64,000 nucleotides of DNA, from positions 62,001 to 126,000 of the forward strand of contig CM035350.1 in the NCBI GenBank assembly GCA_020137815.1, read 5' to 3'. A model generated the notes under the pieces. The model was given only the letters and a program-made list of their open reading frames with translations. It was not told where the DNA came from and ran no database searches. The position numbers and the translations under genes were made by a program. Origin of the DNA: Hormiphora californensis (taxonomy: Eukaryota > Animalia > Ctenophora). Of this stretch, positions 46,751-59,719 are shown piece after piece (position 1 is the stretch's first letter; every line of letters begins with the position of its first letter).

Positions 46751-48499
46751 ACTCTTTCCTTAAATTTTTTGTTAGATGCTTACTTATTATGTGGATGCGC
46801 TTTACTAGTTCAACCAACGGCGCCCCAGATACGCACAGGCTAGATGAAATGTCACATCACCAACTTCATGGGCATCACCCATGATCCGGTATTAGATTCA
46901 CGCTATAATACTCCTACCACGCCACAGCCCATTACTATTGGCCACCGTTCATTTCTCTAAGAGTCTCCTTATGGGCTGTCTCGCTGTCTTAACACCCCTG
47001 TGCGCCCGATTCGCATGGTCTGTTATTGACTTGCTTGCTGGGACCATATGATCTTTTGCCTATAGCACAGCTTTCGGTGTGATATGACTCTATACGATTG
47101 TCTGTGTGGACGGCTCTGGATTGGCCTGTGTTTCATGCCAGCTGTTACATTAAACTTCCCCGTTCGGTTAGTGTGCTTATTTACATAGAGGTCCACAGTG
47201 GGTGTACATCACCCCTTATGTATACCCTACATACAGTCCAAGCATCACTATTATATTTGGCTTATGTTTACTCCACTTTGTCGCCTAAATCACACATATC
47301 AAGTCAGCGCCGGGTCCCGACCCCGTTATATCTGCACCTAGAATGTCTGTGCTTCCCCATGGACGATGCTAGTTCCTAGCCTCGGACTTTTTACTCTCGT
47401 CATTGTCGCTCAACGTATCGAACTTAGACCCTCAGGCCCCTGTCCTCTGACCAATGCTGGTCCCCTCACACACACCTGCAACAAACATCCACCACTCATA
47501 TCACCACGGCAAAACCCCGATACCACACTCACGCCCCCAGCTTTTCGTGCGGTTCTTTTGACTATTATTGTTGCTACTTTTTTTCAAGGTGAATCACCGT
47601 TCGGTTGTACGCGCCGGGACTTGGTGACCCCGTCATGACTCCGGCCGCGTCACTACACTCTTTGCGTGCGGCACACGACACGTTCCTAGCGCCACTGCCA
47701 GCCCGTTGCATTCCGGCGTGAGCTCCTCCTGTGTACATTACTCTGTTACATTCATGCCAAAAGTGGGTGGGATTTACTGCTACCTTCTCCAATCTTAACG
47801 CACCACGAGGCCCGAACTTTACACATACCCTGTACCTGCGCACCACGTGAACCGGGGAACGCGTTATCAAGGAGAGTGGCTGGAGAGCAGCTGGCATCAT
47901 TGATGGTTGAAGAGTGTAACGTAGGACAGTGTTGTTAAATGATGTGGTTTGACCCCTTTGCTTCAATGGCAATTTGAACAGTAGTATAATGGTATTTTAG
48001 CCCTTTTTAATCCAAATTTTTGGTCATATTTCCGCTAGAAAATTTAATTCTTAAATATGTAATAAAAGTGTTTACGTTTTTAGAATTTTTTTTTTTCAAA
48101 ACAAAATTTTTTTTTCAATTTTTGTTTGAAATTCGCCTGAAATGCATCTGATCTGATCCCGCTATCGGGGCCCAGACGTTTGCCCTAAGACATTCCTTGT
48201 CCTGTAAATGTTGTTTGAAAGTGCTTTGCCTTATCCCGAGCTGGTACGGGGCCAGCAGCGTTTGCCATAATGTTGTATACAGCTCCGGAAACGTCAGGAC
48301 ACCGCAGCTATCAGACTGCAACCACCTTAACCACCACGGGACGGTGCCCCCCAGCCCAGTCTTGGGACTGGCTCAACAACTTTTAGTGTTGCCTAAAAAA
48401 AATCCTTTCCAAATGGCAAACAGGTTTGAAAAAGAGCAAAGATATCCCTGCTTTTTGTTAGACGCTTCTTTCTAAAACTTCACTTTCTCTCCCCTTGTA

Positions 48500-50800
48500 G
48501 ACTCGTTTCATGATGAACCACCTGCCAAACCCGTTGCTCGAGCTACGGAAAGCTATTCGAGGATCTTCGAGTCTGATGGACCAAGAGTCCAAACCTCTGG
48601 ACTTTTCAAATCATCAGAAAGTTACTTAACACATTTTGTCGACTAAACGTGCAAGTCTTAGAGGATGATTCAGAACCTAAAAGACTCCCTTCCCTACTCA
48701 ATTCCCATCCTGATTCCGCTAGAGACCTTCACTCCCCCTGTTTATTAACAGCTTCTTAAAATTTTGGTCGAAGAGTGTTGATTGATTGCGTGATGGAAAT
48801 TTAATGGAATGAATGACTACCAGGTTCTTGTCGTCATCAAACCAATAGTTCCTGCCCTTCAGCCTGTACCTACAATCCTTGAGGTTTATTAACAGTCACA
48901 AATGTTCGACGTTTCTTTACAACACCGTTCAGAAAATTTTCTGTTCCGCTCTCAGACTGTTCAAGAAGTGATTTCACATATGAATCAAAGAGGTCCATTA
49001 AGAAAACTCTGCTAAAAAACGATAGGATAAATCCTTTGAGTTGGCGAAAAGTAGTAACTTTGGATATGAATCTGCGAAACGGGAAGGAATTTGTGTGGCC
49101 TTGCTTTAAACTCTGTTGCTGAGTTCAACTCTAAATCTCCATTGCTTGATGGTGACATCTTGTTAAGGTAGTTTCCAGACGGTGCTCAGCTATATTGACG
49201 GAGACATAATTTTTGGGGGAAGTTGGAAGAAACTCTTGGTGATTTGGGGAGGAATGATGTACTATATCCCCAGTAACTCGCCAACTCTACACGTTCTCAA
49301 GCAAATAACAGCATATTGTACAATTGCTGAAGGCGAAGAGAGCCAATGTTCTTCGTCAGCGTCCTCTAAAAAAGAGTAGTGCTGAAAACGGATAATTGAT
49401 GTTCATCAAGGCATAACGAACATTCACCGGAAGGATTGTCCATAGCCAAACATTTACCGGGCCCGGTCTCTTTCTATCGAACACCGGTGATGGCGCCATT
49501 CCTGGGGCGAATGCTTCGACGTGACGCCTCTTACGCCTTGAGAGAGGAAAAAAAGTGTGGTTCTAAGGAATCCCAGAGAAAACGACTCATGAGGTGATCA
49601 TCAAATCCTAAGACTCCTTCGCGAGTGAGTTGTGACACTGATTCAATCAGTCAGGAATGGTAGCCAAGTTTACGCGAATGTCATTGGCTTGTGCTAGGAC
49701 ACTATTCTTGTTTTCTGAACTGAACGATCAAATCACTCTTGTCATGGATTTGTTCGCAAAGTATGGAACCTGGGTCCGCAAAATTTTAACCAATCGTATC
49801 AAACAACATCCGAGTCTTGGGTATTTATTCAGCTCCATCGTACTTGGCAACTTTAGCACCCACCAGTGCTAAAAGGTGTTGGTACTTCGACGAGATTTGC
49901 AATATTTAAGAAGAGATCTTGATTCAGGAAATTTGGGAATTTGGCGTTGTAAGAACACGTCGTAAAGAGGCAATCTCTCAATGGCTCCATCTTGTGACAC
50001 ATCCCCCCGACGATATGCTGCTGAGAACCTTTCCGAATTCTTTCTGGCAAAAATCAGTTATCTATTATTGTGGTGCTGGTATTTCCATACTAATCCAATT
50101 AACAGAAGAAGGTTCTAATCATTAGGTCATTTGTCTGTGAACTCATGATCTGCATGAGACAGAACCTCCAGAGCTACTTCTGACTATCTCTCTGTCTGTC
50201 GCGTAGTTTCCAGAGTGCAACAGACAGAATTTTGGGCAACAATATGGAAGAAGAAAGATTAACCACTTACTTCTTCAATTCCGCATTTACAAGTGGAGAG
50301 GGGATGGTGAGAATCCTTGGAATAGAAGGGGCACCAGGGGTGAGGTGGAGGTTACCGAACCGATCTGTCATTTCCCATTCGAAAAGCATTTTGGCTTAAG
50401 TTTGAGGAAGGCGAACCGAAACTATAACGCTTCCATCTCAGCCCTCAGTCGCATCTTGGAGGCCACAGCTGATTCTGGTAGGGTGGAAAAGGTGGAAAGG
50501 TGCTGGACGAGTGCCACTCTGAAAGAGGTCCTGGAGTGGTGTTGTCCGGGGCAACACCATGTACCAGGTTGACGGAGTGTTCAAATATCTTGTGCAGGCC
50601 GATGAGTCAGGGGGACAATCAGTCTAAAGATTCTAAGCGTTCCGAGGATTGGTCATTAGTTTGCGTATTCGGGATAAGCTCAGCCGGTGTTGATGTTGGG
50701 TATCTGACAGATTCTCTTCTCTGTTGAAACCCCTAATCTGCCACCGGGAACCATAATACTCGCATAACTGAAACTGATTCAACATTAAGGACACTGGTTA
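48500..50800 (+). pseudogene. Intronless LRR-like/BTB family gene, copy 1 (many indels)
   Basis: Colinear with copies 2 and 3 throughout; starts MxEPxAKR after a pyrimidine tract + AG. Confidence 0.55.
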
Positions 50801-51984
50801 TGACTATTGCCGAACATTATCAGTTATTTTTGGGCCAACAACAGTATATGAGGGGTGGTGCGTTCACCATACGTTGGTACCAGATATTCTCGCCCAGTAG
50901 AACGTCATTTAGCGGATCCCAAATTTTGTAAATCGTGGACAATTAGGATGATTCGAGCCAAGTGAGGTACAGTGAACTGAATAGTGAACTTGACGACCCA
51001 GTCCTTCTGGTGACAGTGCGAGGCGTCCAAGTCCTTTGTATGATATTGGTAGTACTTATAAATGCGACGTCTTGGATGGAATTGTGACCCACGGGAGCTC
51101 TATACTGAATTATTTTTACTACAGGATAGTTTTTATCATTATGTATACTACTCTTTTATATCCCCTGCCGCGTGGATGGATAGCACCCACCCAGATTTTA
51201 GCACGTGTTTAAATATATACCTCTAGATTAATTGGAAATAGTAACTCGAGCATTACCCGCGAGTGGTGGTTGTTGCAGCTAATTTGTCAGATTCCGCATC
51301 CATACTAAACTACCCTACTTAAATTGTCGAGAACGTTGAGCCGTGCAACGATCTCGTGTATCCTAGCAGATGATTCATTACGTGATGCAGTGGCAGCCCT
51401 AACGAGCCGTCACGAGCGCACCGTCGAGGACGGGCTCAACGTTCTCATAAACGCCGTTTAAGGTCTCGCATTTTTACTAGGGGTTGTTGCACCGTGGTTA
51501 GTCCTCATATATGATAGTGATCAACAATATCATAGAATGTAGAACTCCTATATATTATGTAGTAACTTACTTAGTATACCTAGAGACCAAACAGCGGCTA
51601 ACTTTAGCGCACCAATCTCACGTTTCAATGCCATGAATGCGGTCAGATTACCGTCATGTGTGACAAGCTGGACGGGAACATGAAATGAGTAGGGAAATAC
51701 AGCACTTTGATCATATGTGCAAATAACTGTTTTCCGTTTTTGTCACAATAAGGCGTGTTATTTTTCAATCAATCCACCTGTACTGGTTTTCTATTTCACT
51801 AGTCGGATAATCCTAGTAGTAATTGCAGGACCTCAAACCCCCATGACATTCGCACCTTATTTCCAAACCCACTACCATGAGTGTATAACCCCCACCTTCT
51901 ACTCCCCTGAAGTAGATTGTAGACTACGCCCTGAATCTGACAGTCGACACATTCTAAAGTCACTTTCTTTCTCCCCCCTTGATA

Positions 51985-54230
51985 GGAAGCGTTTCATGAG
52001 AACCACTGCCAACGCCGTGCGTCGAGACATCGAAAAGCTATTGCGAAGATCTTCGGTAGGCCAACTGGCCCAAGAGTCCAAACTCTGGAACACAAATCAT
52101 TCAAAAAGTCTTTCACGAATTTTTTCGACTATACTGACAACATCTTTGGAGTGATAAGGGTCTAAAAGAATCTCTTTCCCTTACTCATTTCCCATCATGA
52201 TGCGTTTTCAGAAGAACCTCCTCCCCCTGTTAACAACAACCTTTTAAGGATTTTGGTTGGATGAAGCCTTAGATGAATAAATATATTTTGGGTGAATAGT
52301 GAGTGAATGCAATCGTCGTTGTACACAACATTTTGCCACTCCAGCTGTTCCGTTCATCCTTGAGGTTTCTTAACGCCGTTAACGGTACTAGTGGATTTTA
52401 TGTTCAGCTCTCACCGTTCAAAAAGGTTTGCACTATCTTGAATTAAAGATGTCTAAGAAAAACTCTGCCTAAAAAAACGATAGACTGAATCTTTATTGAG
52501 TTGCGAAAGTTTTGCAAACTACGTGGTAGGTTTTCAACGGAAGGGACGAATTTGTGCCCCTGCTAATTTCTGTCTATCCGAGTTAACCTTAAAAACCACT
52601 CTACATGCTGGATCGTAACATCTGGCTTTCAGATTACCACAAGGTGCGTCAGCTGTTATTAACATAAGAGGTTATTCATCAGTGGGGAAATTGAGAGGAA
52701 AACTCTTGGTTGTTTTGGTGAGGGAAATATGTATACTTATCTCCAGAAAGTAGCCGAACTCTACCATACTAGTATACCTTGGCGGGGATGCCAAAATGAC
52801 CTTGTACAAAACTGCGGAAGCCGAGAAGAAACAAAGCCTTCGCCAAGCGTGTCTTCAATGAGGAAGTGCTGATAAGATATCTGACAAGGTATTGTAAAGC
52901 GGTTGGTAACATCAACCGGAAGGGGATGACCATAGCCGAAGAGATTTACCATCTCTGTCTTCTTTTTAATCGGACCCCGTGAACCTATGGAGAACTGGGT
53001 GTAGCTTCACGTGATGCCTCTAATCTTCATGAGAGAAGGGAAAACTAAGGGTGTCCTAACGGACATCCCAGAAGAAACTCTAAGGGAAGTGATCATAAAT
53101 TGTCTAAAGAGCTCTCGCGACTTGGTTGTGGAACATGATCCAATCAGTCAAGTGGAAGGGTAGCCAAGTTAACGCAAAATGTCATTGGCTGGCTGAGGAC
53201 ACAGATCGTTGCTGTTTCCGATTGAAGATCATATCACTCTTGTTATGGACGTTGGCGAAGTATGGAACACTGTTCACCAGAAAAATATTCGGGTCTTAGC
53301 CCAAAACATGTTTACTACTTGGCAGAATTTCAACGCACTCGTTATTGAAAGTATTGGTATTCAGAGATATACAAGTTAGAACACGGAAGCTTGCTGGTCA
53401 ATAGTGTATTGGATTTGGCGACTTTTCGTACGGAGGGACGTTTCTCATTGTGCCTCCCACTTCGGAACATCCCCGACCGATTAGTGGTAAACTCTCCGAA
53501 TTAGTCTGCAAAAAGCATTCGTGAATCGTCTAATCATCCTCTGGAAATTCATGGTTCATTCTGTCTGTGAATCACTGATCTGCATGGACTTATCCTCAGA
53601 ACTAACTTTCTCCGACTATTTCCTCGTCGTTGTACGGTATTCCAGAGTGTGTATAGCGAGTTTGGGTTTTCCAAGTGGAAAAAATAGCTCTTCATCTTAC
53701 ATCCTTCTAGAGATACAAGTGGAAGGGATGGTGAATCCTTGGAGAGGAAGGGGCACCAGGGTGTGGAGGTTACCGAGACCAAGATCTTGTCATCTCACCA
53801 TGCTGAAAAAGCATGCTTGCTTCAAGTTTTGAGGAACGGTGAACCCTACGCATGACCGTGTCCCTCACCCCTCAGCGCATCTTGGAGGCCCTCAAGCTGA
53901 TTCTGGGTTGAGGAATGGAAAGGGTGGTTGAAGAACTGCACAACGAAACGAGGTCCTGGGAGTGGATGTTGCCGTGGCAAACCATGTACCAGGTTGACGG
54001 AGAGTGTTCAAATACCTTTGGGAGGCGATGAGTAGGGACAATCAGTCTTAAAGAGTCTAAGCGTCCGATGATTGGTTTGGTTGAGTTTCGAATTCGGACG
54101 AAAGCATCCATTCGTGGTTGATGTTTGGTATCTGACAGATTTGTCCTTGTTGAAAACCCTAAATCGGCCACTCGGACCTAATCTTCTTCTGCAATAACTC
54201 TGAACGATCAAGCCATTAAAGGACACTGAC
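51985..54230 (+). pseudogene. Intronless LRR-like/BTB family gene, copy 2 (many indels)
   Basis: Shared anchors ccactgccaa, cccatc(c/a)tgat, atcactcttgt(c/t)atgga, aagcatgcttgcttcaagttttgaggaa. Confidence 0.55.
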
Positions 54231-54779
54231 AACTATCCTGGTCACAATAGTCAGTTATTATTGCCGACAGCAACAGAGGACCCCTCTCTGTTCCAAATAT
54301 TTTCACAAATTAAAGTCATTAAATATTTGATGGTAAACAATATGATTATGGGAGAGTGATAAAGTAAGATAGTACTCGATTAAGAAATTTTAGGCATTTT
54401 ATTATTAATAAGTAAAACTTTTTTCAAACTTCAAAGGCCGTCCTTGTCGACACTTATATATTTATAATTACGCAAACTGTGTGTTGTCAATTGATATACA
54501 TACTGTAACATGGAAAAAATTCCCAACTCAGACCTATTCAAACCACCTATCACGAAATCCATTCTTGGAAACGTAACTAAATACAGTGCCCGCACTTCCT
54601 GGTATAACCAGGTTTTTAAGCATTATTTGTCTCAGATAGAACACACATCCTGGTTAAAATCCTGTGTAAATCGAAAGGTTCCGGCTGCATTCCCTAAGGT
54701 TTTCTAAACTCATTTAAATCCCCCTAAACTATTTCTGCTCACGCTCTCTCTATCTATCTCCCTTTAAGACGTTCAATTC

Positions 54780-56940
54780 ATGACAGAGCACCCCCAAGCT
54801 CAAGCTTATGCACGACGACGATTGTGAGATCTACGTTGCCTGCTGGTGAAAGAGTGCCAGGACTTCTGGGATTACAAGCGATAGAGAAATCCTCAATGAA
54901 ATTTCTCGACTTTTACGGCATAGCTTGGAAGAAAGAGTTTGTAGGTGCTCAAAAGTTCCCTTCAGATACTCATTCCCATCCTGATTTCTTGCGCGAGTAA
55001 CCTTCCCCCGCCTGTATTTACAGCCTCTTAAAATTTTGAATGTGCTGGCACACACTGAGTGTAACGACTATATCGATCTTCGTCGTCGACAATTTCAACA
55101 CATACCACAGGGCTACCTCCCATCCTAAAGTTTTGAACAAACAACGTCATATAGTATCAAGTCAAGGTTCCACTATTTGCCGTTCAGAAGGTTAAATTAT
55201 CTGGACTCACGAGCGTTGGCTAAGAACACTCTCGACTAAAAAGATAAACTGATCTTACGGAGGGGCTAGATGATGAGAGGTTTTCGCTGTAGGGGAGGAT
55301 ACATTGAAGCATTTTTGACCTGGTCTGGTTAACTCTGTTGGCCGAGTTAAACGCTGACACCATGTTTGGAAGGTGCATATCTAAAAATTACTAAACAAAC
55401 GTTCATAGTTCTTTAAGCAGCATAAAAATATGTCTGACGAGTGGTCTCGTTGAAAAGTAAAAGAAACTTTGTGATTTGGTGGAGGAGATATGGTGTTTGT
55501 GTCCAAGATAATCTAGCTAAACTGTTCGTAGTGCCGATGACGGTGATGCCAAAATGGGTGTTATACACAACCGTGAAGAAAGTAGAAACAAAGCCTTCAT
55601 CACCGTTCTCAATCTAAATGGGTTGTGATGATAGATGGTGTATTGTTATTGAGGCATGTCGAAACATAACCGGATAGGGACTGCCCATCGCTGAAGTAAT
55701 TTACCTCGCACTGTCTGCTTTGATATCTACACCCCGTGATTGTCGGACAACCTGGGCGAAAACTTCTACGTGATGCCTCTAATCTTCCTGGAGAGGGGAA
55801 ACTAGGTGTCTGATGGAATCCCAAAGAAACAACTTCACGAAGTTATCATACATTTCTAGAAGTCCTCGCGACTTGGATTGGGACCGGTTCTGACTATAAT
55901 TCCTCTGAAAAAAGTGAAGGAAGTTGCAGCGACAGTAACAAACGAGTTAATAGGCTCTGTGAGGAACAGTGTTCCGTATCTCTAAATAAAGATCACATCA
56001 CTCTTGTCATGGACCTGTTGTCAATGCGGTACCGGGTCAACCGCGTTTGGAGATTTATAACTCTGGCCAATCTTACCATTGGTTACTCAAACACAATCCC
56101 CTGATTAGCGGGCTTTAGTTCTTTGCCATATCACAAACATACGGCAATCTCCGAACTGACCACATGAGTCTTTTGAACTTTTCTGCAATGGATGTTGGAC
56201 ATGTCACGTACTTCGGAGGAGATAAGTCCGTAAAATTCCCAGCAGAATATCTGGCGGAACTTCGATATGTTAATAGTTTTGCGGGATGGAATACTGAGGC
56301 AATGCTTCCTTCCGTCTGTAAGCATAGAGCTCAGAGAGTCTGATCCTCCGGAATTACTTCTTCGATTGTTCTCGTCTCGTCCGTTCCTTCATAGGGCGTA
56401 CAGACTAACTTGAGGAACCGAGAGAGGTTAGAATGAACCGCGAGAGGTTAAGAATGAACAAGGGAATGGATGGTGAGAATCCTGGAGGAGGAAGGGCCAC
56501 CAGGGGGTGGAGGTTAACAACAAGATCTGTATCTCCCATTCTGAAAAGCATGCTTGCTTCAAGTTTTGAGGAAGGTCGAACCCGAACTAACCGTTACCTC
56601 AGCCCCCTCAGACGTATTTGGAGGTCCCTAAGCTGGTTCTTGTGAGGGTGGGGAAAGGGTGCTAACGACCATTGCAAACCGAAGAGGTCTGGGAGTGGAT
56701 GTGCCGTGGGCTACAATGTACCAGTGTAGGACGGGCAGTGTTCAATACCTTGTAACGGTGATGTGTGAGAAGAAAAGATCTACGATGTCGATGAATGGAT
56801 GGTTGAGTTTGCGATAGGAGCAAACACCCTGCGTGGCTAATGTTGATCTGTGTGAGGTTTTCTCTCGTTGTGAACCATAAACTAACGCCTCAGACCTCAT
56901 CTCCGCAATAACTGATCTGTCACAGCTTAAATGACAAGGA
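54780..56940 (+). pseudogene. Intronless LRR-like/BTB family gene, copy 3 (many indels)
   Basis: SPILKSMLASSFEEGRTRT in ORF 56433-56645 is BTB-like; CRNITG at ~55655 is LRR-like. Confidence 0.55.
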
Positions 56941-57609
56941 GAACTACCTTGTTAACATTATTAGTTATTTTTGCAGTCAGCAGTGTTCGATTTGGGGTGA
57001 ACGGAGCTTTTCCCTAATCTGCGCCAACTCCCACTGACAGAATTTCAAGGGAAATACTTTGATCAGCCTAATTGATATTTTGGGGAAAGAGTGATGAAAG
57101 TGAAATAAGACTCTGAAGAGTAGAGGGGCTACTGGTATTTTTAAATTTTTACCAGATATCCAACACAATAGAGAACATCTTGTTTTTAAAACTAATTTTA
57201 TTTTATAAATTTTATATTCTTAGCCTGTATTGTCGTGTATGGAATTTTATTAATTCATTTTACAGCAGTACAATTGAGTTTTAATCAACCTAACTGCTAG
57301 AAGCACTAGCCAGCAAGCTCGACCCGCCAGTCGCCTACACAACCTGAACAAACCCCAAAAACACAGCCCACCCGTCCCGTGGCCGATTATGACCCCCAGA
57401 TGAAAAGTAAACAGCCTATCACTCGTGTAAATGTATTTACACGAGTTGATTATATATGCTGTACTGAATAAAATACACAACCCAGAACTCACTAAAACGA
57501 AATTCCGAAGTCAGTATCCTCCAGCCCATTATTATAGTCCTTTTCGCTATCACCGAACACCTTTTTATTACTCGCAAACCGTTTACAACTTCACTCTCTC
57601 TCTCCCCTT

Positions 57610-57870
57610 AGGACGTAAAATTATGACAGAGCCACTGCCAAGCGCCAAGCTCGATGCATCGAAGACGATTGTGAGGATCTACGTGCTGCTGGTGAAAGAG
57701 TCCAGACTTCGTGGGATTACAAGCGATAGAGAAAGTCCTCAATGAAATTTCTCGGAATTTATTAGCGAGCTTGGAAGAGGTTGAGGTGCTAAAACAGCTT
57801 CCACCTTCAGATACTCAATTCCCATCCTGATTTCTCGCAAGAACCTTCCCCCCTCGGTTAATCCCTACAC
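57610..57870 (+). pseudogene. Fourth, truncated copy of the LRR-like/BTB gene
   Basis: ccccttag|gacgtaaaattATGACAGAGCCACTGCCAAGCG matches the starts of copies 1-3; homology stops at ~57870. Confidence 0.6.
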
Positions 57871-59140
57871 AGGCCCTGGTGTGGCGTCCTCGTCACCATA
57901 CACGCACTACCTCCAACTTCCAGGTACTCTCAGCTGAGGGACAGAAACTCCTAGCATTTAATAGGCGAAAGTTGACAGGGCTGGGTTCCTGCTAGTCCCC
58001 AGGATTGTGGGTTTTCTCCCTGCTCCGTACTGCCGCGCAGAAACGACTTTAGTCCAAAAACTGGGTCATCACCGACTGTTATCTCGGCTTCAGAACTTCC
58101 AGTTTCATCTCCAAAAATCATGGGTCACCCTCTCGTCTGGCGGAGAACTTTTACAGCCGGTTCTGTCCCTGTTTCCTGGAGCTGCTTGGGCGTTTGAGTT
58201 AAAATCTTCCGCCCGGTCTCCAGCTGCCTGGGAGTGTGCTTTCCTGGTCGTCCTGGACGGTCGATCTCTCTCCCGCCTTCAACGATCCGTTTGTATGTAG
58301 AAGGTGATTCAGTGTGCACATTTATCATAGCATCTCCGTTTACCTCAGATCCCTTTGCATAGGGGAGGGTGGTAGAACTTACCGAACCACCTTTCACGCA
58401 TCCAAAGCGTTCGATGCCCATTATAGTTACAAAACCTCTGCAGAGTCTCGGGTGGAGTTTCGGACATGACCTCCCCTCTACTCTGGTTCCATTTCGTCAT
58501 AGCGGCACTTCCGGTTGAGAAAAGTGCTTACACGTTCTCTGGGGTCAGTTGCAGAGTTTTCCATCAATCTGGTTCGTCTTTTCTCATCATCGGGCTTATC
58601 TCTGGCGTTTCAAACACAACAGTGATGTCGGTTTAGGCTCATTTTCTCCAGCAAACGAGCAACCCACACTGAGCCTTACGGTTCCCCTTAATTGACTGCT
58701 GATTGAGTGGGGGCCCTTGTCCGCAAAGAAAACAAGATAAAGGGGGGTGTGGTACCAGTTTTAACCCTGTAATTTCACCACCACTTGACAGCCGATAGGA
58801 AACCAACCCCTTCAATACGTAGGACGATCTTATCCGCCAACTCCGTATTTTCTCGGCCTTTTCCATCCCGCCCGACAAGTAAACACGTTTAGAGCCTAAG
58901 ACCGGACCCAGTTCCTCCACCTATTCTTACTGCAATGGAGGCCACATTAACGGTATGATCGGCATGGTAGTTCGTAGGCCTCAATCATACCTTCCCCTGT
59001 GCTCCGCCAGCATTTTTCAGCTCCGCCAGTAACTCTTTGACGGTCGGTCATTGGTCATTTGGCTGCGTCTACAAGGGTTGAGGAGGGGTGCCGCTCCTCA
59101 CAATTAATTTGTTTAAAGTTAGTGTTGAAAAGTTTGAAGT
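57870..59140 (-). mobile_element. 5' part of a LINE-like element (Cys-rich ORF1 remnants) beginning with an SL exon
   Basis: SL-like 44-mer at 59140-59097. Downstream CFLCGQG and C..G..K-FYHP..C-like zinc-finger remnants, reconstructed across frameshifts. Confidence 0.55.
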
Positions 59141-59719
59141 TGTAGTTGCTTTTTCCATTTTCGTTTCATGTACAAATCTATCAACTTCTATCACAGGATA
59201 TCACATCACAAGTTGCCAAAAGGGATTTGAAGTCTTATCGTTCACACTATCATACTCTGTGCAAGACACAAATACACCATTTTCCAGACAAGCTCAAAAA
59301 CCTGATAAGACCTCATCTTTTCCATGACGGGCACACCTTTTGACCTTTCAAGTTTCCTATTGAGACTGGTGTAGTAATTTTTTATCGTTGAGATCTATGG
59401 CCTCTGTTGCGCTATATTTTGAGACTTTGTAATGATGCATTTGTGGATATCAGTGTTGGTTTATGGTTTTGATACTTATAACTATTATTAATTATATGTT
59501 GGCAGTTTATGCTGTTTTTTAATTAACTTATTAACTAGTATTTAATTATGACGACGAGGACTTCGGGAAGGACATTGATACGAGATGCGTTTAGAAGCGA
59601 GTTTTGATCGAAAGGACGCTTTAGTATTTGAAGTCGATCGAGATAACACTTTTCGCTCAAAAGCGATTTTTAAAGTTTAAATGTTATGTTATTGTTATTA
59701 TGTTCCTGATAAGATAAAG

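Noticed and set aside
46755-46785. Third SL at the 5' end of the 42-47 kb LINE (aacaaaaaaatttaag)
   Set aside because: Too short and degenerate in a noisy region, though worth rechecking after polishing.
46790-47950. NCAPH exon 4 onward
   Set aside because: No translatable match to the expected TLDAS.KIY..RVD motif; sequence looks low quality.
48480-56940. Penelope-like RT on the minus strand (AMGSPLSG- and DVISLF-like words)
   Set aside because: Motif spacing was unconvincing. The plus strand gives an acceptor, a start, and BTB-like motifs in all copies. Not formally excluded without an HMM search.
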